A stretch of DNA of 24,229 bases from an uncultured bacterium. Lineage in GTDB: Bacteria > RBG-13-61-14 > CAYWKU01. Position 1 is the stretch's first letter; each line of letters begins with the position of its first letter. Positions 1-8,244 of this stretch are shown piece by piece. The DNA is taken from NCBI GenBank assembly GCA_964503115.1, contig CAZDAF010000014.1, positions 1 through 24,229 of the forward strand, in the 5' to 3' direction. The notes beneath the pieces were generated by a model, which did not search any database, had not been told where the DNA came from, and saw only the letters and a list, made by a program, of their open reading frames with translations. The position numbers were made by a program, and so were the translations under genes.

Positions 1-1
1 T

Positions 2-571
2 TTTACAGATGAAGAGTGCGTCTATTTAAAACAAACCAATCTTTTTTCAGATAGACTGAATGTACTGCATTTCGCTCCGGAGAATATATTAAAGGATTTT
101 CTTGTCACGCTGCCTAATCTCAACTACGTAACTACCGACCTGTCTTCACCGATTGCGTCAGTAAAGAGCGACATCACAAACACGCCTTTTGAGGACGATG
201 CCTTCGACGTAATATTATGCAGCCACGTTTTGGAACACGTCCCGGACGATCATAAGGCAATTAGAGAAATGTTCAGGATATTAAAGCCCGGCGGGTGGGC
301 TATAATTCAGGTTCCAATAGATAAAAAGCGTAAATACACATACGAAGATCCCTCTATAATCTCTCCAAGTGACAGGGAGCGGGTTTTCGGACAATTCGAC
401 CATCTCAGAATTTACGGGATCGACTATATTGACAGGCTTGAAAGTGTGGGGTTCGACGTGACAGTGCACGATTACGCCAAGCAATTGGGTTTCGATATGG
501 TAATTAAGTGTGGCTTAATGAAAGATGATAGCATTTATTACTGCATCAAACCGAAATGCAATCGGAAGTAA
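2..571 (+). CDS. class I SAM-dependent methyltransferase (Methyltransf_11-like), 5' partial at the window edge
   Basis: The reading frame is open from nt 2 with no stop until 571. The translation ...DAFDVILCSHVLEHVPDDHKAIREMFRILKPGGWAIIQVP... carries the typical post-motif-I/II region of small-molecule SAM methyltransferases. Confidence 0.75.
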   Translation, partial: FTDEECVYLKQTNLFSDRLNVLHFAPENILKDFLVTLPNLNYVTTDLSSPIASVKSDITNTPFEDDAFDVILCSHVLEHVPDDHKAIREMFRILKPGGWAIIQVPIDKKRKYTYEDPSIISPSDRERVFGQFDHLRIYGIDYIDRLESVGFDVTVHDYAKQLGFDMVIKCGLMKDDSIYYCIKPKCNRK

Positions 572-677
572 TAAAGCCTGTTGAAGAGATCCGAACAGCG
601 TGCATCCCGGGCGGAATAATTTTACGGCACTCCGGAAGTCGGCTTGTGCGGTGTGTGACGGGAATTTACCCGCGTTG

Positions 678-1538
678 TTATTTGCCTGCCAGCACGTCTT
701 CGAGAGTGAACTCCTTGAGCGGCTTGGGGAAGTATATGGGTAGTCCCGGGAAACGCGCCTGCATTTTGTCTCGCCATTTCTTGAGATCGAGATCATTGGT
801 GATAGGCGGCAGCCACAGGTCGAAGTGGTGCACCATGATCGCTTTCGGCTGAAAACGCTGCACCAGCCTTGCCGACTCCTTCATCCATTGCCGGTTGGCG
901 GGGCAATATGGTATCGCGAGCACGTCGCTTTGGCCCAACTCGGCGCTGACGCGATACACGTGACGCGAAAGGCTGCCGAAAAAAAGCATCCTCGACCCAC
1001 GCGAGCGCCAATCGAAATGCATGGCGTAGTTCGGGCCGTACGGATGAGTGGTGGCAAGGTTTAAGCCGCGTTTGACGGCCTCGCTGCGAGGGCTGTGGTT
1101 AAATATACGCTTGACGGCTCCCAAAACCATGGGAGCGTCGAACACCTCATGGAAAGTCTTTAACGGCGTGACCGTCAATTCGTCCAGGCGAATCCGGCCG
1201 GTATCTTCGAGCGAATGCCACTTGTCGGGATTGCCCGTTCTCGCGGAGCGGTGCAACGATCTCCATTCCTTTTTTATGTCTTTCCTGCCGCATCGGGGCA
1301 GGTAGACGGGCGCATCGACGGTCGCCGCCAGGTAAGGCACGTCGGCGAAGTGGTCGAAATGCGTGTGAGTGGCGATAAGCAGGTCGAAGTCCTTGTAATC
1401 CTGCCGTGTGATAGGCAAGCGCGGCTTAGCGTCGTAAGGCCTCGATAAAAACGGATCCACAAGCGCCTGCCGTTTGCCGAAACGAAGCTCGAATCCGGCG
1501 GCGCCCAACCATTTAAGGGTTATTTCTTCGGGATGCAT
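678..1538 (-). CDS. MBL-fold metallo-hydrolase
   Basis: The 286-aa ORF has an HTHFDHF (HxHxDH) zinc-binding motif and downstream conserved His/Asp residues typical of the metallo-beta-lactamase superfamily. A GAAGGAG-like Shine-Dalgarno lies upstream on the minus strand. Confidence 0.75.
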   Translation of the reverse strand: MHPEEITLKWLGAAGFELRFGKRQALVDPFLSRPYDAKPRLPITRQDYKDFDLLIATHTHFDHFADVPYLAATVDAPVYLPRCGRKDIKKEWRSLHRSARTGNPDKWHSLEDTGRIRLDELTVTPLKTFHEVFDAPMVLGAVKRIFNHSPRSEAVKRGLNLATTHPYGPNYAMHFDWRSRGSRMLFFGSLSRHVYRVSAELGQSDVLAIPYCPANRQWMKESARLVQRFQPKAIMVHHFDLWLPPITNDLDLKKWRDKMQARFPGLPIYFPKPLKEFTLEDVLAGK

Positions 1539-1578
1539 TGTTCGAGATTAGTTCTCCTTCACCCTTTTGGCAACCCCC

Positions 1579-3054
1579 TTACTCCTCTCTTTCCGAGAGA
1601 GGAATAATTTTGTCGATAACGCCTGCGCCGACGGCGTCTCCCCAAACATTAACGGTGGTACGGCATCTGTCCAGGAACCAGTCGATGGCCAGCAATATGG
1701 CGATTCCCTCCGTGGGGAGCCCTACCGAAGTGAGCACCAGCACCATCGTAACCAGGCCCGCTTCGGGTATCGCCGCCGCTCCGACGCCCGCCAGCACCGC
1801 CGTGAAAAACACCAGCACCTGCTGCCACGGCGCGAGGTGTATCGCGTAAACCTGCGCGATAAACAACGCCGCCACCGCTTCGTACATCGCCGTTCCGTCC
1901 ATGTTGATCGTAGCCCCGATGGGCAGCACGAAACTCGCCGTTCGCTCGTTCACTTCGTTTTCATCGACAACGCCCTCCATGGTCATGGGCAGCGTCGCAG
2001 CGCTCGATGCGGTACTGAATGCGGTCATAAGCGCCGTTCCCATATTGCGCGCATAACTTGCCACATCGCGCTTGCCGATGAATTTCAAAATCAGCGGCAA
2101 TGTGATGAAGCCGTGAATGAGCAGGCCCAGAATGACGGTGAAAGCGTACTTGCCCATACGCATCAACTCGCCGATGAACCCGCCTTCCATCGTGAGTTGC
2201 GCCGTCCCCAATCGATACGCCACGAGCGAGAAGATACCGATAGGCGCCACCATCATAAGCATGTGCACCATGCTCATCACCGCAGCGTTAAGCCCGACGA
2301 AGAAGTCGATTACCGGCTTGCCACGGTCGCCGAGCGTTGTGAGCACGCCGCCGAATATCAGCGAGAAAATAATAAGGGGCAGAACCTGAACGTCCACCAT
2401 CGCGCGGATGATGTTCTTCGGTATCATTGTCAGCAAAAGGTCCCGTATTCGGAAAGGTTTTGTCTTGCGCACTATCCGAACGCCGACACCGGCATTTTTC
2501 GGTTCGACGGTCTTGTCGCCCGGCCCTACCCAACGAGTTACGACTACGGACTTGTCGGTCATGCGCGCGTCGCGGTCTATTACACCGTAAATGTTCCGGT
2601 CGACCAGCTCTATCACATAACCTTTGCCGTAGGATGTAGTGCGAAACTTCTCATCGCTCGTGAGATTGAGGAACGATCCACCGGACAGGGGCCGAGAGGT
2701 GATTTCGTACCTTGCGTCGGGGAAATTGTCCATCGAGCGCTCGATGCCCCGGCCCGGTTGAATTATGTTGACCAGTATGAGCCCTACCAGCACCGACATG
2801 CATGTGGTGACGATATAATAAGCGATGGTAAGCAGTCCGCTTTTCCCGAGTTTCCTCACGTTACCGAGCGATGCGACTCCCGCCGTCATACTCGCAATGA
2901 TAAGAGGCACCACCAGCAAAAACAGCGCGTTCAGAAAAAGAGTGCCCAATATCTCGGTCTTCAAGGCCGCTTTGGGGAAATAAATACCCATTACGGCGCC
3001 GAGCACCGAGCCGGCTATGATTAAGGGCAGCAGATATTGGTTCAAACGTTTCAT
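1579..3054 (-). CDS. dicarboxylate/amino acid:cation symporter (DAACS / GltP-GltT family) with an extra ~100-aa insertion after TM3
   Basis: The N-terminus MKRLNQYLLPLIIAGSVLGAVMG matches GltP-type TM1. The C-terminal half (…SSAATLPMTMEGV…, …INMDGTA…, VNVWGDAVGAGVI) carries the hairpin HP1/HP2 and NMDGT signatures of the glutamate-transporter fold. The ORF track extends the frame to 3093 (MPAICDLKSLVNIM…), so an alternative start at 3093 is possible. Neither start has a good Shine-Dalgarno. Confidence 0.85.
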   Translation of the reverse strand: MKRLNQYLLPLIIAGSVLGAVMGIYFPKAALKTEILGTLFLNALFLLVVPLIIASMTAGVASLGNVRKLGKSGLLTIAYYIVTTCMSVLVGLILVNIIQPGRGIERSMDNFPDARYEITSRPLSGGSFLNLTSDEKFRTTSYGKGYVIELVDRNIYGVIDRDARMTDKSVVVTRWVGPGDKTVEPKNAGVGVRIVRKTKPFRIRDLLLTMIPKNIIRAMVDVQVLPLIIFSLIFGGVLTTLGDRGKPVIDFFVGLNAAVMSMVHMLMMVAPIGIFSLVAYRLGTAQLTMEGGFIGELMRMGKYAFTVILGLLIHGFITLPLILKFIGKRDVASYARNMGTALMTAFSTASSAATLPMTMEGVVDENEVNERTASFVLPIGATINMDGTAMYEAVAALFIAQVYAIHLAPWQQVLVFFTAVLAGVGAAAIPEAGLVTMVLVLTSVGLPTEGIAILLAIDWFLDRCRTTVNVWGDAVGAGVIDKIIPLSEREE

Positions 3055-3101
3055 TATGTTAACTAGGGACTTTAGATCACAAATGGCTGGCATTCAACCA
3101 T

Positions 3102-3129
3102 GTACGGGCGACCGGCCGGTCGCCCGTAC
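3102..3129. repeat. perfect 28-bp GC-rich palindrome GTACGGGCGACCGGCCGGTCGCCCGTAC in the intergenic gap between the MFS gene stop and the symporter gene start
   Basis: The reverse complement of 3102-3129 is identical to itself, giving a 14+14 perfect inverted repeat. No U-tract follows on either strand. Confidence 0.9.
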
Positions 3130-3154
3130 GATTTAGTGGACCGAATATAGTTGA

Positions 3155-4465
3155 TTACTCGGCTTGAAGTTGAACTTTTTCGACCCGGCTTAAATCCCGT
3201 TCGTAAAACCGACTGCCGATAAGGAAAAAAACCGCCCCCAGCGCTCCATATACGGGGACGAAAAGCACGGCGTTTTCGAGCCCGATCATGTCGCTGATTT
3301 TGCCTATCAGCGGCGGCGACCAGATATCCCCCAAAACGTGCTGCACGATAACGCACATGCCGTAACTGAAAGCGCGAAGTCCCGGGTGCACGACATCCTG
3401 GGTAACTGCGGCGCCGGGAGCCACGAAGCAGGTTACGGTTATGCCGTACAGCGCCAGCAACCCCAAAGCGTAGGGCTTATCGATGTTCAAGAACGAAACG
3501 TACAGTAATATCGTGGCCGCCACCGACGATACTGCCGGAAATATCATTCGAGCTTTTTTATGTTTACGTTGAAGAATATCCGATAAGTATCCGCCGAGAG
3601 GAGCGCCGATGAGCACCAGTGCGAACAGTGCCGAAGAATACACCCCGCCCTTACCCGGCTCGGCTTTACCGACGCGCTCGAAGTAAGTGGGCAGCCACGT
3701 CATCAAAGCCGTAGTGGCGCTGACATTCATGGCGAAGCCGAGGTATGTGCAGGTTAGAGACGGAATACGCAAAATTCCCATGGACTGTTTAATAAATCCA
3801 CTAAAGCCGCGATCTTCGCCCAGCCCCGTGGCGGAATCTTCCGGGCGTACGCTCTTATAGTCGGGCAAATACCAGGCGGCTATTGCCAACAGCATCCCGG
3901 GCAGCGCCACGATACCGAACGCGTGATGCCATCCCCAGCGCTTTGCGATCAGCCCTCCCGCCGCAAGGCCTATTCCAACGCCCAGCGGGATGGAGGCGTT
4001 CCATATACCCATATATTTCGCGCGATCCTTCTCGGGGTATGCCGCCGCAATCATTGCAGAGCCTCCGGGCGCGTAGCCGGATTCGCCGATGCCGATAAAC
4101 GCCCGCGTTATTATAAGCTGGGTATAGTTTTTCGTGAAAGCGCATGCGAGCGTCGCAATGCTCCAGAAAAACGTCATAAGCGCAACCATTTTGCGGCGGC
4201 TCCACCGGTCGATGAGAATGGCTGCGGGAATGGTGAATACGGTGATAAACAGTACGACGACGCTTATCAGCCACCCGGCCTGAGCATCGGTAATATGCCA
4301 ATCGCGCTTGATGAAGTCGATCATGCTCGACACCACCATGCGGTCGGCGTAATCGGACATGTATATGAGGAAAAGAACGATCAATATGCGGTGTGAACGA
4401 CCGCCGCCGCCGGTGTAGGCATCGGGACCGGAGTTAGTGGAGATTGGTGAGCTTGTATCATCCAT
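3155..4465 (-). CDS. MFS transporter (Spinster-like MFS_1)
   Basis: The 436-aa ORF has about 12 hydrophobic segments and an MFS signature region (…ITRAFIGIGESGYAPGGSAMIAAAYPEKDRAKYMGIW…). It sits 12 nt downstream of the SDR gene on the same strand. Confidence 0.85.
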   Translation of the reverse strand: MDDTSSPISTNSGPDAYTGGGGRSHRILIVLFLIYMSDYADRMVVSSMIDFIKRDWHITDAQAGWLISVVVLFITVFTIPAAILIDRWSRRKMVALMTFFWSIATLACAFTKNYTQLIITRAFIGIGESGYAPGGSAMIAAAYPEKDRAKYMGIWNASIPLGVGIGLAAGGLIAKRWGWHHAFGIVALPGMLLAIAAWYLPDYKSVRPEDSATGLGEDRGFSGFIKQSMGILRIPSLTCTYLGFAMNVSATTALMTWLPTYFERVGKAEPGKGGVYSSALFALVLIGAPLGGYLSDILQRKHKKARMIFPAVSSVAATILLYVSFLNIDKPYALGLLALYGITVTCFVAPGAAVTQDVVHPGLRAFSYGMCVIVQHVLGDIWSPPLIGKISDMIGLENAVLFVPVYGALGAVFFLIGSRFYERDLSRVEKVQLQAE

Positions 4466-4477
4466 AGATTCGGCCCT

Positions 4478-5266
4478 TCAGTTTTTCAGTACTCTTCCCG
4501 CCAATATCACATCCAATAGCGACGGGCTGATACGTTGCAGGATCGCAGTGGCCTTACCCAGCGGCGTCAGCACTCTTTCCCGCTCTCTTTTTTCGATGAG
4601 TTTTGCGATACCCCGGGCAACGCCTTCGGGGGTGTCGTGCCCGGGCCGATTTATGGGCCGAGGCGTACCGTCGCCTTTCATGACGGTTTTAGACGGGTCG
4701 GTGGTTGTGAACCCCGGCGATATTACTCCGACATGTATACCATAGGGCTTAAATTCCAGCCTGAGTGATTCGGCAAAACTTCGCAATGCGGCCTTGCTCG
4801 AGCTGTAAAGGCTGCCCGTGGGAATCGCCCGGATGCCGCTGACGCTCGATACGAAAACCAGGTGCCCGCGAGATAATTTGAGTTGTTCGAGAGCGGCGAT
4901 GGTCATGTTGATGGAGCCGAGCAGGTTTACTTCGATGAGTTTCTTGCATGTTTCAGGCTCGCACTCATCGAAATTCGCGACGATGCTCAACCCGGCGTTG
5001 TTTACCAGAACGTCCAGCTTACCGAACTTCTCCACGGTCGCTCCGACCAAAGTTTTACAATCGGCAGGGGCGGTAACGTCCGATTTGACGCCCAGGACAT
5101 CGACACCCTCGGCTTTCAGATGCCTCCCGGCTTCGGTAAGGGTGTCATCTAGAATGTCGGAAAGTACGATCTTCGCTCCGCGCCTGCCCAAAAGCTTCGC
5201 AGTGGCATACCCTATTCCCCGAGCCGACCCGGTAACCAACACTACTTTGCCTGAAAAATAATCCAT
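4478..5266 (-). CDS. SDR family NAD(P)-dependent oxidoreductase
   Basis: The cofactor-binding motif is VVLVTGSARGIGYATAK (TGxxxGIG), with an NNAG motif and a YxxxK catalytic region (YSSSKAAL). I set the start at the internal Met (MDYFSGKVVLVTG) rather than the ORF-track start at 5338, so that the Rossmann motif lies near the N-terminus. Confidence 0.85.
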   Translation of the reverse strand: MDYFSGKVVLVTGSARGIGYATAKLLGRRGAKIVLSDILDDTLTEAGRHLKAEGVDVLGVKSDVTAPADCKTLVGATVEKFGKLDVLVNNAGLSIVANFDECEPETCKKLIEVNLLGSINMTIAALEQLKLSRGHLVFVSSVSGIRAIPTGSLYSSSKAALRSFAESLRLEFKPYGIHVGVISPGFTTTDPSKTVMKGDGTPRPINRPGHDTPEGVARGIAKLIEKRERERVLTPLGKATAILQRISPSLLDVILAGRVLKN

Positions 5267-5394
5267 ACTTCGAACCACCGTATAAGGCATATCGTTCAAG
5301 CAACATATAATAAAGAGCAGGAAAAGACAATAAGCCACAACACGATTAATCTCAAATTGAGAAAAGTTGCGGGACTCGGGAAAATAACGAATTG

Positions 5395-5423
5395 TTGCCG
5401 CTGTCGCGGGATTAGCCTATAAT
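5395..5423 (+). promoter_or_regulatory. sigma70-like promoter: TTGCCG (-35), 17-nt spacer, TATAAT (-10), reading toward the MBL-hydrolase/coaBC genes
   Basis: -35 TTGCCG lies at 5395-5400, the -10 is a perfect TATAAT at 5418-5423, and the spacer is exactly 17 nt. The element sits in the 137-bp divergent intergenic region about 50 nt upstream of the ATG at 5476. Confidence 0.4.
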
Positions 5424-5475
5424 CCATGTACTGATGTAATTATCGGATTACTTTATTGAAAGGCGTACTGTAAGG

Positions 5476-6117
5476 ATGATTTTTGAGTATTTGGAAGCGG
5501 GTCCGTTGATGACCAATTGCTACATAGTGGGCGATGAGAATACCAGAGAGGCCGTGGTCGTGGATCCCGGCGGTAGCGTGGATCGCATATTGATGGTATT
5601 GAACAAGTTCGGCTTGAAGGTGAAACTGATCGTAAACACCCATGCTCATCCCGACCACGTCGGCGGTAATGCCGCATTGGTCGAGGCCACCGGCGCCCCC
5701 ATCGCCATCCATAAAGCCGAAGTGCCGCTGCTTGAGAACCTCGCCGCCATCGGAACGGGCCTCGGCATGAGCGTCGAGCCGAGTCCTTCTCCGGACAGAA
5801 TACTGGAAGAAGGAGATATAGTCGAAGTCGGCGATATAAAAATGAAGGTTTTGCACATCCCGGGCCATTCGCCGGGGGGTATATGCCTGGTTATCGACGG
5901 CACGAACAAGGTAATTGTCGGAGACGCGCTTTTCCGCATGAGCATAGGCCGTACGGACTTCCCCGGCGGAAGTTTCGAGGCATTGATTGGGGGCATACGG
6001 GAAAAGCTCATGTCGCTGGGGGATGATTTCGAAGTTTATTCCGGCCACGGGCCGCCGACAACTATCGGATACGAGAGAAAATACAACCCCTTCGTCACCG
6101 GCCAATACACATTATAA
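5476..6117 (+). CDS. MBL-fold metallo-hydrolase (glyoxalase-II-like, hydroxyacylglutathione-hydrolase-like)
   Basis: The N-terminus GPLMTNCYIVGD is followed by VNTHAHPDHVGG (HxHxDH), HIPGHSPGG and a C-terminal GH. This is the classic small MBL-hydrolase architecture. Confidence 0.85.
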   Translation: MIFEYLEAGPLMTNCYIVGDENTREAVVVDPGGSVDRILMVLNKFGLKVKLIVNTHAHPDHVGGNAALVEATGAPIAIHKAEVPLLENLAAIGTGLGMSVEPSPSPDRILEEGDIVEVGDIKMKVLHIPGHSPGGICLVIDGTNKVIVGDALFRMSIGRTDFPGGSFEALIGGIREKLMSLGDDFEVYSGHGPPTTIGYERKYNPFVTGQYTL

Positions 6118-6136
6118 TCAGGTGGGGGAAAACGGA

Positions 6137-7348
6137 ATGGCCGTTTTAAAAGATAAAAAAATACTGCTCGGCGTGACGGGGTCCATAGCCGCCTACAAGG
6201 CCGCGGAAATCGTTCGCTTATTGATAAGCTCGGGCGCCCGGGTACAGGTGGTGATGACTGAAGCGGCCACCAAATTCATCGGCCCTCAAACGCTATCGAC
6301 GCTGACGGGCCGTCGGGTGGTCACTAGTATGTTCCGCGACGGCACGGAGCCTGAAATCGAGCATATCAGTCTGCCGGAAGAGGCCGACGCGATTCTTATC
6401 GCTCCGGCCACCGCGCACACTATTTCCAGAATGGCGCTGGGACTGGCGGACGATGTACTGACTTCGATGCTTCTGGTTGCGCGTTGTCCCGTTTTGGTGG
6501 CGCCCGCAATGAACTCGAACATGTATACCCACCCGGCGGTCGAAGAAAATATCGAGATGCTCAAAGGACGCGGCGTGCATATCATCGAGCCGGGGGTCGG
6601 AGACCTGGCTTGCGGTCATACCGGCCCGGGGAGATTGGCGGATCCGGCGGAAATAATCGAACAACTTCGCGCCGCACTCACCGAACAGGACCTTTCGGGT
6701 GCGAAAATTCTCGTCACTGCCGGGCCGACACGGGAAACCGTAGACCCCGTCAGATACATATCGAACCGCAGCTCGGGCAAAATGGGTTATGCCATCGCCA
6801 GGGCGGCCGTTCGGCATGGGGCCGACGTGACCCTGGTGTCGGGCTCGACGAGCCTGTCCGCTCCGGCAAGAACCGCTATTATAACCGTAGAAAGCGCCGA
6901 GGAGATGAACAAGGCGTGCGCCGAAACTTTCCCGAATTCCGATGTGCTCATTATGGCTGCCGCCGTTGCAGATTATCGCCCCGAATCCGCAGTTTCTTCC
7001 AAAATAAAACGCACAAGCGACAAAATGAGCATCGAGCTTGTTGCATGCCCGGACATTATCAAAGGGCTGGCCGACCAAAGTCGTCCCGAGCAGGTTCTGG
7101 TCGGATTCGCCGCCGAGACGCAAGACCTTCTCGAAAACGCCCGAAAAAAACTCGAATCAAAAGGCATCGACCTGCTGGTCGCCAACCAGGTCGACACTCC
7201 CGATTCGGGATTCGATCACGACACCAATCGCATCCAAATCTTGGATTCAGACGGTGGGGTGGAAGCTCACCCGCTTATGACAAAGGATGAGGCGGCGGAA
7301 CAAATAATCCGGCACGTTGTAAAATGGGCAAACCGCAAGAGGAGTTAG
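6137..7348 (+). CDS. coaBC: bifunctional phosphopantothenoylcysteine decarboxylase / phosphopantothenate-cysteine ligase
   Basis: The N-terminal flavoprotein domain begins KILLGVTGSIAAYKA. The C-terminal CoaB domain contains KILVTAGPTRE…ISNRSSGKMGYAIA. The true start is the internal Met at 6137 (MAVLKDKK…), preceded by GGTGGGGG. The ORF-track extension from 5987 overlaps the upstream gene. Confidence 0.9.
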   Translation: MAVLKDKKILLGVTGSIAAYKAAEIVRLLISSGARVQVVMTEAATKFIGPQTLSTLTGRRVVTSMFRDGTEPEIEHISLPEEADAILIAPATAHTISRMALGLADDVLTSMLLVARCPVLVAPAMNSNMYTHPAVEENIEMLKGRGVHIIEPGVGDLACGHTGPGRLADPAEIIEQLRAALTEQDLSGAKILVTAGPTRETVDPVRYISNRSSGKMGYAIARAAVRHGADVTLVSGSTSLSAPARTAIITVESAEEMNKACAETFPNSDVLIMAAAVADYRPESAVSSKIKRTSDKMSIELVACPDIIKGLADQSRPEQVLVGFAAETQDLLENARKKLESKGIDLLVANQVDTPDSGFDHDTNRIQILDSDGGVEAHPLMTKDEAAEQIIRHVVKWANRKRS

Positions 7349-8220
7349 CGATTCTCGATGGCGCCGGGCCGCAAAGCTTCGAGCGCCTGTTTTACATCAT
7401 TGGGAGAGAGATTTTCGTGATTCATTTTATTTCGGAGCTTACGCCGCAGTTTGATGGCCTGTTTGATGATGGCCTTGCCGTGAGGGTCCATCCCGTAACA
7501 AGCTCCGGCTCTTTCCCTCAAAAGGAAGTCCTGAACGGTTTCTTCGATCTTTTTCATATATTCTTCAACCTCTTGATGTCCGACCACGGTCTGGCTGCGA
7601 GCGCGCCACCGGCGGATTGCCCTGATACCGTTGTTGCGGTTGAAGCTGAGGATGCCGCGATAAATCTTCCGGTTGGTCTGAAAGCTCAACAGGGTTCGAG
7701 TAAGCACGGCTTCAAGGAAGGCGTCATTTTTAGCCGAGCCTTCCCGAACAATCTCCTTGGACTCACGCGAAGGATCGTATGGAAGCATGGCATCGAAAGC
7801 CACTTCGAAAAAAATGTGCCCTTTGCCCTTTTGGTGGTATTGCTCGACGAGCTTTATCGGAACGTATTCGTTGTGGGAAATCGTATCGGCGGCCAGGTGA
7901 GCGAGGTAGCCGTAAGCGCAGGCGCGGTTGGCTTCAGTTTCGGCGCTTTCCAGAAGTCGAAACCCGACACGCCAGTTGTGGGCAAGACGGGCGAAGAAGA
8001 GGAATTTCTTGCCGAGGTTCATATCCGCGAAGATGCTTCCGTAGAGGAAATCGAGCGGGTAGGCGGTGAGCAAAGGCCCTGCCGGAAAATTCGCCGAGGA
8101 CATGGCGTCGAGCACGTGTTTGCCGACAAGAAGATGCGTCGACGGGCCCCACGCCGCCGCAGTATCGGGGATAAAAATCGCCGCCACAAGGACGGCAATT
8201 ATTATTATAACAGCTACCAT
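7345..8220 (-). CDS. zinc-dependent phospholipase C family protein (PLC/P1-nuclease-like fold), secreted
   Basis: After a hydrophobic signal peptide MVAVIIIIAVLVAAIF the mature N-terminus is AWGPSTHLLVGKH (a W-x-x-x-T-H zinc-ligand start). Further His/Asp ligands follow (AHLAADTISHNEY). The start is set at the internal Met 8220, because the longer frame to 8466 runs antisense through the udg gene. The 3' end overlaps the coaBC stop by 4 nt in a convergent arrangement. Confidence 0.6.
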   Translation of the reverse strand: MVAVIIIIAVLVAAIFIPDTAAAWGPSTHLLVGKHVLDAMSSANFPAGPLLTAYPLDFLYGSIFADMNLGKKFLFFARLAHNWRVGFRLLESAETEANRACAYGYLAHLAADTISHNEYVPIKLVEQYHQKGKGHIFFEVAFDAMLPYDPSRESKEIVREGSAKNDAFLEAVLTRTLLSFQTNRKIYRGILSFNRNNGIRAIRRWRARSQTVVGHQEVEEYMKKIEETVQDFLLRERAGACYGMDPHGKAIIKQAIKLRRKLRNKMNHENLSPNDVKQALEALRPGAIENR

Positions 8221-8244
8221 TGAACATAATAGGGTAGCCCAGAG

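Noticed and set aside
1567-3024. 485-aa plus-strand ORF rich in Arg/His
   Set aside because: It lies entirely antisense to the well-supported GltP-family symporter gene. The R/H-rich low-complexity translation is typical of the opposite strand of GC-rich coding DNA.
5987-6136. Upstream extension of the coaBC ORF (MGAYGKSSCRW…)
   Set aside because: It overlaps the preceding MBL-hydrolase gene in another frame. The conserved flavoprotein N-terminus begins at MAVLKDKKILLGVTGS (6137) with a G-rich Shine-Dalgarno.
6293-7290. 276-aa minus-strand ORF (6293-7123) and 268-aa plus-strand ORF (6484-7290) inside coaBC
   Set aside because: Both are alternative-frame or antisense readings of the confidently assigned coaBC gene. 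Their Arg/Gly-rich translations show no recognisable motifs.
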